A stretch of 64,000 nt of DNA, taken from Candidatus Omnitrophota bacterium (lineage in GTDB: Bacteria; Omnitrophota; Gorgyraeia; JAHIPI01). The DNA is taken from the NCBI GenBank assembly GCA_016783745.1, contig JADHVZ010000003.1, forward strand, positions 7,112-71,111, read 5' to 3'. The translations under genes and the position numbers were made by a program. Below are positions 43,301-51,468 of the stretch, in pieces. Numbering within the stretch: position 1 is the stretch's first letter; each line of letters opens with the position of its first letter. The notes beneath the pieces are model-generated. The model saw nothing but the letters and a program-made list of their open reading frames with translations, was not told the origin of the DNA and did no database searches.

Positions 43301-43389
43301 TATACAGCGTAAATCCGCCGTTTATAGACGGCAGCATGAACACAAGAGATGACTGGTATAGTTCATACGGCGCCGGCTCAAGATTCTAA
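40366..43389 (+). CDS. Large secreted/surface protein: LVIVD repeats, dockerin/EF-hand-like repeats, FN3-like, cadherin-like and right-handed beta-helix domains
   Basis: Signal peptide; YAYVA..GL.IIDVS repeats; GDLNADSEVDLED, FNPAADIDKDGDVD; VTAENGGGES; NMPPVI; IQALI..DVVDVPAGIY..TLEGITIRGG..NSILWGN. Confidence 0.85.
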   Translation: MMKRIRNKILLLMAIISIAVGISLPAMAAILSPAVALSYSTGQDDPLDLEISHDRAYIAAGDSGIHIVNTNNLRLISIISTKGSAEAVFVNGGYAYVACGEAGLEIIDLQSPHLEHVISDTPGYAKDISVYGDYAYVADAYAGLQIIDVSDKKNPVLVREFFYDDNDQTVERATRHMKDTEVCGVFVSWPYVYLVVQNTGNEAKFGGGLRVLGVTDPLAVELSVLNPDEAVPDVYSVRGRATSVYVINNTAYLTSYDPSNGTSFLRRIDVSDPSAPSRPSSQPYEFPVNGNAMDVYVIDSTAYVAAYHGGLHIIGTSASGLIDIIKTEGSAISVRIVDDMPYVCQGAAGSFAGLIAYGQAGTGDLNADSEVDLEDYAILADSWQKNAVDMYFNPAADIDKDGDVDIADYKIFIIALRGSNPNDLGDFNGDGLVNLADAEYFSVSFEKGIGMPDFNPYADLDEDPDGMVLGSDSAIFIEYWRPKQPQDFSMEAYSSSEVLYSWSEVPNADYYTPKVMDEAGQFKALLDENGKKITVPHGQTTYLLDGLDPSTDVLGVVTAENGGGESADSYPAGTRTAALTNMPPVISDALPAHKAIVQGKDSFEPIDLKQYVVDDNTEAADIIWEPRSDSFSSVLNVSIDDDNIAIVSLNNTGFTGSETIELTAIDDDHLESEPRQITFTIGTLDADSSAIQALIGEAQINDVVDVPAGIYTFSSNLLIEQNIHLRGTGADSTIFELGDYCIDIMMPQGYDGFYTYRTPGRINPLTNVTLEGITIRGGRRCPSESRRWVQEGYGMTGYGGGHWETIKYPYGKAPVHNYSRKLTVYNCKIIDNRGKKASAIYTGVNTQLDIINSLIYDNEHPPSSITVRARRGNESRPLMQRLDGAIYVDRYAKLRVVSSTIAGNGDGLGYNNRLYGAIAKDMYATVSIVNSILWGNGTRGQELSCDKWSMPGVHIGKTVLDPDFDINGRLDDFCTKDRIYSVNPPFIDGSMNTRDDWYSSYGAGSRF

Positions 43390-43393
43390 TCAT

Positions 43394-44506
43394 TTATTTA
43401 TGCCGGACTATAAGAGCAAGCCCTATAAACGCGAAAATTATATTGGTCAGCCACGCGCATAAAAAGGGATGAAGAAAACCCGCCTTTCCCATAGCGAGTG
43501 AGACCGTCATGACAGTGTAGTAAGCAAGTACAAGCCCCACGCTAATAGCAATCCCGAATAAAACGCCGCCTTTTCTTGTGTGAACCAACGCGAAAGGCGA
43601 GGCGATCATTATCACTATCAGGCTTACAAAAGGAAACGCGATCTTCTGATTGAGCGCGACTTTTAAGCCGCGTATGGTGGGACCCTTCTCAAAAGATAGC
43701 CGCTTAATATATTCCTTTAATTCCGCATAGCTCATAAACTCAAAGCTCATAAAATTGGACTGATGCCGTCTCTTTTTGAAATCAATGGGAGCTTCTTCTA
43801 TATCAAGCACTGTTTCTTCAAAGAACATAGGCTCTCCGACAATGCGCCCATCAGGATTGAGATTGTAAAACATGACGTCTTCCCCGATCCATTTTTCCTT
43901 TTTCCACTCGGCAGCGCGAGCAGTCATCTTTGAGACCACATTTTGATTTGCGTCCTGATTGTGCACGATAAGCTCCATGATCCTGTTGTTATATGTATTG
44001 AACTTCCTTACATATATGATCTTATTGCCGTCGCCGTAAAAAGCTATGTTTTCATATATTTTTTCGATCTTTTTTTTATTTCGCTTTGCTGCCTCAAACT
44101 TTTCTTCCTTGATAGTGGACGCGTTAATAGTGGCTTGAGGCACAACCCTGTCGTTTATAAGAAAAATAGAGACGCTGATTATGAAGCCCGAGGCGATAAG
44201 CGGGGTAAGGATGCGCAGCAGGCTTATGCCGCTTGCCTGCATAGCGACTATCTCATTATACCTGTTAAGGGTTCCCATGGAAAACATTATCGATATCATG
44301 ACCGCTATGGGCGCCATTTGAACGATGATGAGCGGTATGAAATTCAGATAGTAGGGTAGTAAGAAACGCAGGTCTATTTTATTCTCTATCATCTCATTCA
44401 GATTATCAAGTAGATCTATCACCACGTATAGCATGACAAAGACAAGAAGGCAGAAGAGGAATGGGCGGATAAAGTGCCTTAGCAGATATCTGTCTATTAT
44501 CCTCAT
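43394..44506 (-). CDS. lptG: LPS export permease LptG-like
   Basis: IIDRYLLR, NEIVAMQASGISL, AWLTN; 6-TM layout; follows lptF. Confidence 0.85.
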   Translation of the reverse strand: MRIIDRYLLRHFIRPFLFCLLVFVMLYVVIDLLDNLNEMIENKIDLRFLLPYYLNFIPLIIVQMAPIAVMISIMFSMGTLNRYNEIVAMQASGISLLRILTPLIASGFIISVSIFLINDRVVPQATINASTIKEEKFEAAKRNKKKIEKIYENIAFYGDGNKIIYVRKFNTYNNRIMELIVHNQDANQNVVSKMTARAAEWKKEKWIGEDVMFYNLNPDGRIVGEPMFFEETVLDIEEAPIDFKKRRHQSNFMSFEFMSYAELKEYIKRLSFEKGPTIRGLKVALNQKIAFPFVSLIVIMIASPFALVHTRKGGVLFGIAISVGLVLAYYTVMTVSLAMGKAGFLHPFLCAWLTNIIFAFIGLALIVRHK

Positions 44507-45610
44507 TTATTTTCTCACAGTGATATGCATCAGGATCACCCCGATGGATATTAGTATGATATTAGCGAACCACATAGCGAGCCAGATCGGGATAATATTT
44601 TTTGTGGCAAGTATTTGCCCGAAAGCGAGCAACAGCCAGTATGCTGTAGCCAGGACGAAAGCAAGCCCTATGCCTATGGATTTTTCGCTTCTGCGCGTGG
44701 TTATGGCCAGAGGTATCCCTATAAGGACAAACGCGAAGCTCGCAAAGGAACTCGCTATCCTTTTATGGAGCCTCCTGATAAGAGGCTGGGGATCGATGCC
44801 TTTCTTTTTAAGCTTCTCGGCGTTGGCAAGAAGCTCGTCAAAAGTCATCTCCTTGTTTTTCTTACCGTGTTCCCGCATAGTGGAATCATCCAGAGTGAGC
44901 GTGAGGTAATATGTCCTGAAATTTAATTTATAAAAATGGCTGGGGTTCATGGGATTAGGCTCATCGCTGGTCCCGTCCATCAGCTTCAGCTTAATGGTGT
45001 TCTTATCCGCGAGCGATACGAGCTCGCCTCTTTTAGCGATTATTGTCCTTGTAGGTCCATTCTTCTGCGGCTGGTATATCCTTACATTTTTAAAGAAGGT
45101 CTTATTCTTATCGAATTTAATATCGTAAATGAAAAGTATGTAATCTTTGAACCCCTTTATGAATGTCCCCGCTTCCAGATAAGCGGCCGGATGGCGTAGG
45201 CCGACTTCCTTTAGCAGGATCCTTGCTCTATAATGAGCGGCCGGGACTATTTTATCGTTTAAGGGGATAGACATCACACTCAAGAGGAGGCCTATTATTA
45301 TGGCGGGCATCGATATTTTGTAAAGATTGATCCCGTTTGCCCGCATGGCAATGATCTCATTATCACTTGACAGTCTGCCAAAAGCGAGTAATACCGAAGT
45401 CAGGGCGCTCATAGGTACCGCAAAACTCAAAAGGCGTGGGATAAGATAAACAAAAAGCCGGCCCACATAGATAAGCTCGACACCTTTATTGATGACAAAA
45501 TCGGCCAGTTTTACGATGTTGCCTATAACAAAGGCAAATGTGATCACCGCGAGGGATAGTATAAGCGGCCCGAGTATTTCTTTTAAAACATAATTTCTTA
45601 AGATTCTCAT
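44507..45610 (-). CDS. lptF: LPS export permease LptF-like
   Basis: ILRNYVLKE, FGRLSSDNEIIAMRANG, GIPLA, MWFAN. Confidence 0.85.
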   Translation of the reverse strand: MRILRNYVLKEILGPLILSLAVITFAFVIGNIVKLADFVINKGVELIYVGRLFVYLIPRLLSFAVPMSALTSVLLAFGRLSSDNEIIAMRANGINLYKISMPAIIIGLLLSVMSIPLNDKIVPAAHYRARILLKEVGLRHPAAYLEAGTFIKGFKDYILFIYDIKFDKNKTFFKNVRIYQPQKNGPTRTIIAKRGELVSLADKNTIKLKLMDGTSDEPNPMNPSHFYKLNFRTYYLTLTLDDSTMREHGKKNKEMTFDELLANAEKLKKKGIDPQPLIRRLHKRIASSFASFAFVLIGIPLAITTRRSEKSIGIGLAFVLATAYWLLLAFGQILATKNIIPIWLAMWFANIILISIGVILMHITVRK

Positions 45611-45618
45611 AGCCCTGC

Positions 45619-46314
45619 CTATTGACTTATCGCAAGCGTAAATACATCTACGGAATTTGCTCCGGCCTTTTTAAGCACTCTGGAGCATTCACTGGCTGTC
45701 GCTCCGGTAGTGAAGACATCATCGACAAGCAATACCGAAGCGCCTTTCAGCTGAGACGGGTTTTTGACTTTAAATGCGCCCCTGATGTCATCGAATCTCT
45801 TTTTTTTATGTAGTTTTATTTGAGGTCTCCCGAAGCGTACGCGCTCGAGATTACCTTTTAGCGTCGGTATAGCGAATTTACGAGAAAGATAAGCCGATAA
45901 TATGGCGGACTGATTAAAGGTCCTTTCTCTATGTTTTACCTTATGAAGCGGAACAGGTACGATCCAGTTATAACGCCGCATGTCAATATTGCGCTCGGCA
46001 AATCCTGCCATCAGCTCTCCGAACAATCTTTCGAAAGCGAGCCTTGCCGAGTATTTAAACCTGTGTATACACTCACGTATGGATCCGTCATAAGTAGAGA
46101 CGAAATACGCGGTGTCAAAATAATACTGCTGGGCTCCGTAGCGTTTGCAGAATGGCGGATCATTTAACTTTATATTGCCCATGCAGCAAGGGCATAAAAT
46201 ACTATTGCTTGAGAGATCAAGGCCCTTTCCGCATAACTGGCAGCGCGGAGGATATATAAGACCCATTATACCTTTCGCGATCACGCTTGACGGCCTGGCT
46301 GTTGAAATTTTCAT
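45619..46314 (-). CDS. comF: ComF-family (zinc ribbon + PRTase) protein
   Basis: YPPRCQLC, VPVPLH..RERTFNQS, LLVDDVFTTGAT; start placed at ATG 46314 because a minus-strand promoter covers the ORF-track start. Confidence 0.9.
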   Translation of the reverse strand: MKISTARPSSVIAKGIMGLIYPPRCQLCGKGLDLSSNSILCPCCMGNIKLNDPPFCKRYGAQQYYFDTAYFVSTYDGSIRECIHRFKYSARLAFERLFGELMAGFAERNIDMRRYNWIVPVPLHKVKHRERTFNQSAILSAYLSRKFAIPTLKGNLERVRFGRPQIKLHKKKRFDDIRGAFKVKNPSQLKGASVLLVDDVFTTGATASECSRVLKKAGANSVDVFTLAISQ

Positions 46315-46322
46315 TAGGGAAT

Positions 46323-46405
46323 ATAATACCATGTGAAGAGCGGTTTGTCAATGTGGCGAAAGGCCGGCCTCGCGATTTGCTTTTCCCCCCTCAGTATGAT
46401 ATAAT
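46323..46405. promoter_or_regulatory. Back-to-back divergent sigma70 promoters
   Basis: Minus: TTGACA(46351)-17-TATTAT(46328); plus: TTGCTT(46377)-17-TATAAT(46400) with TGn. Confidence 0.65.
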
Positions 46406-46445
46406 TTCAATAGTATAATTAACAACAAATTATATTAATGCGCTG

Positions 46446-48488
46446 ATGGTAAATCCTCTAAAAAAAGTAAAGCGGCTTTTCCAGAAGACAAAGAGCGTAA
46501 AGCTTTCATCGCCGGCCAAAGACTCTATTCTGGCTCTTATTGTCGGGATAATAGTCGCTGCTGCCGCGGTACTCGGCATTATCCGTAAATTCGAGTTCAT
46601 ATACCTGGATAATATGTTCAGGTTAAGGGGCGAGGGTGCGGTTAATGAGAATATTATCATCGTTGGCATAGACGATAAGTCGCTTGAGATCCTTGGAAGG
46701 TGGCCGTGGCCCAGGGAATATCACGCGAGCTTTCTTCAGATCATAAACCAGTATGATCCCAGATTTGTGATATTTGATATACTTTTTCCGGAGACGGATC
46801 CGGGGGGTGACGCCGCTTTAGCTTCCGTAGCTCAAGAGGCAAAAAATCTGTATCTGGCATCTTATTTTGTTCTTCGGGAAGGCTCAGAAAGCCTTCCTCC
46901 GGAAGTCGATCGTAATGTCCCCAAGCTGCCTTACCTTAGTTATGACCCGGCTGACAAGGACGAGTTTGTAGAAGCCACTGAAATAACCCTGCCCGTAAAA
47001 CGCCTTGAGGAGGCGGCAAAAAGTTCAACCGTAATAAACGCGCCGCATGATATTGACGGCGCTATCCGGCACGTACTCCTTGTCATAGAGTTTAACGGCA
47101 AGGTCTATCCTACGGTAAGCCTTCAGCTGGCGTGTGATTATCTGGATGTCAATATAAGCGATGTAAGGCTTGAGTCCGGTTCTGTCATATTGCCTCTAAA
47201 AGAAGGTGATATACGTATTCCTATAGACTCACAAGGAAGGATGGTCCTGAATTTCAAAGGGCCTATTACGGTTTTTAAGCAGTATTCTTTTATCCAGATC
47301 TTACACGATTACAATAGGGCTTTAAAGGACGGGAGAGAAAGCATCCTTGAGAATTTCAGAGACAAGATAGTTTTTGTGGGGCAGACGGCCACGGGAAGCG
47401 TTGATCTGCGCATAATGCCGTTTTCTAATCTTTATCCGGCCGTTGGTGTTCATGCGACCGCGCTGGGCAATATTCTTGATAGAGACCTCATGCGCAAAAC
47501 CCCTCTTACCGGGAACATATTCATTATAATATTATCAAGCCTTGCGCTCGGATTGTCCCTGAAGAAGGGGAGAAAACTGCTTACTAATCTGGGATTGATG
47601 CTGGGGTTGTTTTTGTCTTTTGCCGCTTTCAGTTTTATTTTATTTTCGTTTTTCAGGATATGGATCTACACGTTTTCTCCGCTGCTGGCGATCCTGTTGA
47701 CCTATGTGGCTGTTTCCATAAGCCATTTTGAAGCCGTCCGGTACGAAAAAAAGATACTGGAAAACGAGCTTATGATAGCCATGACCATACAGCAAAGCTT
47801 TTTGCCGAAGACCTTTCCTGCGGTCCCGTTCTTAGAGTTTGCCGCAAGATGTGATTCAGCCAAACACGTAGGAGGAGACCTGTACGATTTTGTGAAACTC
47901 GAAGGCGATAAGATAGGAATAGCCATTGGCGATGTCTCCGGTAAGGGCGTGCCCGCGGCTTTATATATGGCGCGCGCGATAAGTGAACTGAGATCTGTCT
48001 CGCGCACGGTGAGCGACGCTGCCGAGACATTGAAGACTATAAACAATATCTTCTCGACGGAAGGCATGGAGAAGTCTTTCATAACCATGCAGTACCTTAC
48101 CTTCGACATGTCGAAAAAGAATAAGACCGTATTCTCTAACGGCGGACATAATACATTGCTGCATTTTATAAAGGAAAAGAATAAGGTGGAGGAGATCGAC
48201 ACCGAGGGCGGTATGCCTATAGGCGTTATGGACGGAATAGATTTTGATAATAAAGAGATAAGCTTCGCACGGGGGGATATTTTATTTTTATATTCGGACG
48301 GCATATCAGAGGCCATGGATAAGCGGCGCCGGCAGTTCGGCATTGAGAGGATGATAAAGATCATAATCGATAATTCGCATATGAACGCCGAGAAGATCAT
48401 GTCGAAGATGTATGATGAGGTAGCGGTATTTTCAAAAGGCGTTCCTCAGCACGATGACATGACCGTGGTCATAATAAAAGCTATTTAA
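46446..48488 (+). CDS. CHASE2-sensor SpoIIE/RsbU-type PP2C phosphatase
   Basis: IDDKSL..GRWPWPR, FDILFPE, DGAIRH, GVHA (CHASE2); 3 TMs; IQQSFLP, VGGDLYD, GDVSGKG, YSDGISEA, QHDDMT. Confidence 0.93.
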   Translation: MVNPLKKVKRLFQKTKSVKLSSPAKDSILALIVGIIVAAAAVLGIIRKFEFIYLDNMFRLRGEGAVNENIIIVGIDDKSLEILGRWPWPREYHASFLQIINQYDPRFVIFDILFPETDPGGDAALASVAQEAKNLYLASYFVLREGSESLPPEVDRNVPKLPYLSYDPADKDEFVEATEITLPVKRLEEAAKSSTVINAPHDIDGAIRHVLLVIEFNGKVYPTVSLQLACDYLDVNISDVRLESGSVILPLKEGDIRIPIDSQGRMVLNFKGPITVFKQYSFIQILHDYNRALKDGRESILENFRDKIVFVGQTATGSVDLRIMPFSNLYPAVGVHATALGNILDRDLMRKTPLTGNIFIIILSSLALGLSLKKGRKLLTNLGLMLGLFLSFAAFSFILFSFFRIWIYTFSPLLAILLTYVAVSISHFEAVRYEKKILENELMIAMTIQQSFLPKTFPAVPFLEFAARCDSAKHVGGDLYDFVKLEGDKIGIAIGDVSGKGVPAALYMARAISELRSVSRTVSDAAETLKTINNIFSTEGMEKSFITMQYLTFDMSKKNKTVFSNGGHNTLLHFIKEKNKVEEIDTEGGMPIGVMDGIDFDNKEISFARGDILFLYSDGISEAMDKRRRQFGIERMIKIIIDNSHMNAEKIMSKMYDEVAVFSKGVPQHDDMTVVIIKAI

Positions 48489-48500
48489 CAGGAGGGTACC

Positions 48501-49064
48501 ATGAGAAGTTTCAGGCCGGGAATTTTAATAGTCGTATCTGTTATATTGTCGCTATCAGCCGGCTGCGCAAGGCAGCCGAGATCCGAAAAGGTGGTAGCGA
48601 CGGTAAATGACTACAGTATGAGTGTCGAGGATTTTAACTATGAGTCTAAGGAGATATTCCGGATGGGCAAGGTGATAGGCGACACGCCTAATACTAAAGA
48701 GGATATCCTGGACGCTCTTATAGTGAAGCAAATCCTGCTTCAGGAGGCCCAGAGGCAGGACCTGGACAAGGATAAGGAATTTATGAGGAGTATAGAGCTA
48801 TACTGGGAACAGACCTTGCTCAAAAATCTTTTGAGAGGGAAATATGCCGAGCTTCACAAAAAGACGACGGTTTTCGAAGAGGAGATAGTCGAACATTACA
48901 ATCTTCTGGCTCCTGAAGAACGCAGGCCGATGTCTGAGATGAGAGATAGCATAGTAAGGGAGATCAGGTCAGGAAAGGAAAAAAAGCTTCTGGATGAGTG
49001 GATAGGCCAAATGCGGTTAAAATCCCGCATCAGGATAAACAGGGGAGTCTTGAACGAATTGTGA
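48501..49064 (+). CDS. SurA-N-like chaperone lipoprotein without a full PPIase domain
   Basis: Lipobox SAGC; VVATVN, LDALIVKQILLQEA..LDKD, LRLKSRIRIN-like C-terminus. Confidence 0.7.
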   Translation: MRSFRPGILIVVSVILSLSAGCARQPRSEKVVATVNDYSMSVEDFNYESKEIFRMGKVIGDTPNTKEDILDALIVKQILLQEAQRQDLDKDKEFMRSIELYWEQTLLKNLLRGKYAELHKKTTVFEEEIVEHYNLLAPEERRPMSEMRDSIVREIRSGKEKKLLDEWIGQMRLKSRIRINRGVLNEL

Positions 49065-49082
49065 TAAAACAGGGGGTGTAGC

Positions 49083-49685
49083 ATGGCAGCGGCAGATCCG
49101 AAAAACAGGCGCAGAAAGTATTTTATCAAAAAGGAATTCCAGACGAAGTTTATAATATATTTCGTCGTGCCTATCATACTCACGGCATTGATCTCAGCGT
49201 TTATCGTATACCGTTTTTCCAGCCAGGGCACAACGACCGTTTTTGAAAACTCACGGCTTATGATAAAACCGACCTCAGAATATATTGTCCCAGGCTTGAT
49301 ATTGAGCGGACTCTTATCCGCGATCCTGGTCGGCATCGCCACGATGTTTGTGATGTTTTTTCAATCCCATAAAATAGCCGGCCCGTTGTATAAGATGGAG
49401 AGTTCTATTGAAAGGATGGGCTGCGGCGACTTGAGTTTTAATGTACGCCTCAGGAAGGGAGATGCCGTACAGAGGCTTGCTGATGTTTTTAATGTAACGG
49501 CAAAAAATTTAAACAGTATGATAACCGGTGTAAAAAATGAATCCGAGCAGCTTAACACGGCGCTGGCGAGGTTTAAAGAAAGATTGCCGAAGGATCAGGG
49601 CGTGAATATAGGCAATGAGATAAAAAAAATGGAAGACGCCGCCCGGCACCTCAATGAAAGAATAAACGGATTTAAGCTGAGGTAA
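49083..49685 (+). CDS. 2-TM HAMP-domain membrane protein without output domain
   Basis: RRKYFI..FQ, two TMs, SHKIAGPLY, GDLS.NVRLRKGD..LADVFN, coiled-coil tail. Confidence 0.8.
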   Translation: MAAADPKNRRRKYFIKKEFQTKFIIYFVVPIILTALISAFIVYRFSSQGTTTVFENSRLMIKPTSEYIVPGLILSGLLSAILVGIATMFVMFFQSHKIAGPLYKMESSIERMGCGDLSFNVRLRKGDAVQRLADVFNVTAKNLNSMITGVKNESEQLNTALARFKERLPKDQGVNIGNEIKKMEDAARHLNERINGFKLR

Positions 49686-49686
49686 G

Positions 49687-50289
49687 ATGGTAAGAGTCAG
49701 GGCACCTTTAATATATATTTTTGTTATATCACTTTCTCTGCTCCTATTGTCTCTCCCGGCATTTGCGCAGCCCTTTGGGGTATACGGCCCTGAGGGTAAC
49801 GTGGAAGACTGGGTGGTAATAGAGTCTTCATATGCGACTATATTTGTGGATAAGGATATCAGGATAAAAGATGTCACGGAAAGGATAGATGTGAGTTTCG
49901 CGAGGTATGATCCCATAGAAAAGCAGCTATTCCTTGACAAGGGTACATCCCCCGAAGAAAAACTGGCGACCAAGATAGATATAATAATAAGGAAGGCTAA
50001 GAAAATACTGGACATGCATCCTCACGATTTTCATGTCAAAATCAGGGTCTATGGGAGTGGGGATGAAATGTGGGATATTTACGAGTATATTTTTAAGGAG
50101 AGAAGGGAATACAAGGCTTTTTATATACATGGATTTGATACTGTATATATACCTGTGGAGTATGTGACTGAATCCATTCTTGCCCACGAACTCGCCCACT
50201 CTATTATAGATACCTACTTTAAAACACTGCCCCCCGAAAAGATCCGAGAGCTCCTTGCCTGCTATGTAGACGTCCATTTAAAAGATTAA
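49687..50289 (+). CDS. Secreted hypothetical protein with HExxH motif
   Basis: Signal peptide (PAFA); ILAHELAH followed by downstream E (RELLA). Confidence 0.7.
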   Translation: MVRVRAPLIYIFVISLSLLLLSLPAFAQPFGVYGPEGNVEDWVVIESSYATIFVDKDIRIKDVTERIDVSFARYDPIEKQLFLDKGTSPEEKLATKIDIIIRKAKKILDMHPHDFHVKIRVYGSGDEMWDIYEYIFKERREYKAFYIHGFDTVYIPVEYVTESILAHELAHSIIDTYFKTLPPEKIRELLACYVDVHLKD

Positions 50290-50292
50290 AAG

Positions 50293-50422
50293 CCATAAGG
50301 GGACCATAAGGGGACCATAAGGGGACGTGTCACTTGTGGGACATACCTTTAGGTGTGTCCTCAAGTGACATGTCCCCTTACTATCCTAATGACCTGTCCC
50401 CTTCTCACACGTCCCCTAATGA
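50293..50422. repeat. REP-like cluster 1: CCATAAGGGGA x3, 64-bp hairpin element and ACACGTCCCCT-type tails
   Basis: 11-mer at 50293/50304/50315; palindromic AGGGGACGTGTCACTTG...CAAGTGACATGTCCCCT at 50320-50383. Confidence 0.88.
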
Positions 50423-50457
50423 ATATGTTAGATATACAAAAGATAGTTTTTGCACTA

Positions 50458-50486
50458 TTGACAAATGCCACTTTGTCATATATACT
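50458..50486 (+). promoter_or_regulatory. Promoter with operator-like inverted repeat TGACAAA-N6-TTTGTCA
   Basis: TTGACA 50458; TATACT 50479 or TACTTT 50481; perfect IR 50459-50478. Confidence 0.55.
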
Positions 50487-50537
50487 TTAAATGGAAACAC
50501 AATATTAAGCGATAAGCAAACTGTTTTTTAACATAGT

Positions 50538-50632
50538 TTTTCGTCGAAAAAGGCAAACCATCTGAAAGGGTGGGGCTGCAAAGCCAAGTGCCTAACGCGC
50601 GAATCGCGCTAAGGTCGACTGGCCGCCGAAAT
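50538..50632 (+). ncRNA. Cyclic di-GMP-I (GEMM-I) riboswitch aptamer
   Basis: GGCAAACCATCT-GAAA-GGGTGGGG..GCAAAGCC...CCTAA...AAGG...GGCCGCCGAAA matches GEMM-I: GAAA tetraloop, CCTAA/AAGG receptor, P1 TTTCG/CGAAA; G at the Vc2 G20-equivalent position. Confidence 0.88.
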
Positions 50633-50653
50633 GAAAAATTTTTTCATTTTTAC

Positions 50654-50706
50654 AGCCCCGGATCTCAGATGGCAAAATGCCGTCGCAGATCCGGGGTTTT
50701 TTATTT
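50654..50706 (+). terminator. Riboswitch-associated intrinsic terminator
   Basis: AGCCCCGGATCT...AGATCCGGGGTT plus TTTTATTT just before RBS AAGGAG and ATG 50721. Confidence 0.8.
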
Positions 50707-50720
50707 GAAGGAGCACAGCG

Positions 50721-51338
50721 ATGAACGGCAAAAAGAACAACGGTCGGAATAAAAAGATCAAGAAATGCAGAGTTATTGCCCTGCTAAAGAGGGATGAGGT
50801 GGAATTTCTTGATAAGCTGGCCATGGATTCTCTCTTTTCGACTGGCACAAAACTTTCAAGGGTTGAAATAATCAGCGCCCTTGTCAGTGTAGCGATGCTC
50901 TTAGAATTGTCAGCTAGCAATGTTAAGAGTAAAGAAGAGTTAGTTGATAGAGTGATGGATCTACTCAATCCTAATCCTGAGCGAAGACAGATTCCCCGCC
51001 TTAAGAAAAACCTGATGGTAAAATTCAGGAAAATAGAATCCCTACAGGGATATGAAAACGGCGCTACTATAGATGTAGGCATCGGAGGTTTTAAAGTGGA
51101 TGTCGCTTTTATGGGAAAGCCGCTAGCTGTTGATCAACCGATAGAGATCACGGTCAATGAACCACAAGACGAAAGCAAAACAGTAAAGGCGATAGGCCGT
51201 GTAGCCTGGATAAGGGAAAAGGGCGATGGCCATAGCCACGAAATAGGCATCATGCTTACATACATAAAAGCAAATGACAAAGACACCTTCCTTAAATATT
51301 TGACAGGCGATAGGGAAGCCAAAAGCGATGCACAGTAA
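50721..51338 (+). CDS. PilZ-domain protein with probable N-terminal ribbon-helix-helix domain
   Basis: ERRQIPRL (RxxxR), DVGIGG (DxSxxG-like), GRVAW, IGIM; N-terminal RVIALL-RDEVEFLDKLA-KLSRVEIISALV resembles RHH. Confidence 0.85.
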   Translation: MNGKKNNGRNKKIKKCRVIALLKRDEVEFLDKLAMDSLFSTGTKLSRVEIISALVSVAMLLELSASNVKSKEELVDRVMDLLNPNPERRQIPRLKKNLMVKFRKIESLQGYENGATIDVGIGGFKVDVAFMGKPLAVDQPIEITVNEPQDESKTVKAIGRVAWIREKGDGHSHEIGIMLTYIKANDKDTFLKYLTGDREAKSDAQ

Positions 51339-51424
51339 ATAAAGTTTTTTTTGCGGTAAGTTGACAACTGAATAGCCCAAAAGTGGGCACGCAGGCGAGG
51401 ATATAACGTCCTCTACCTCAGGCA

Positions 51425-51459
51425 TCGGCCCGGACTCACCATCCGGGCCGAATTTTTTT
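51425..51459 (+). terminator. Intrinsic terminator
   Basis: TCGGCCCGGA-ctcacca-TCCGGGCCGA plus ATTTTTTT. Confidence 0.85.
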
Positions 51460-51468
51460 AAGTCACGC

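Noticed and set aside
50538-50632. c-AMP-GMP (GEMM-Ib) specificity for the riboswitch
   Set aside because: The position equivalent to Vc2 G20 is G, not the A typical of cGAMP-binding variants.
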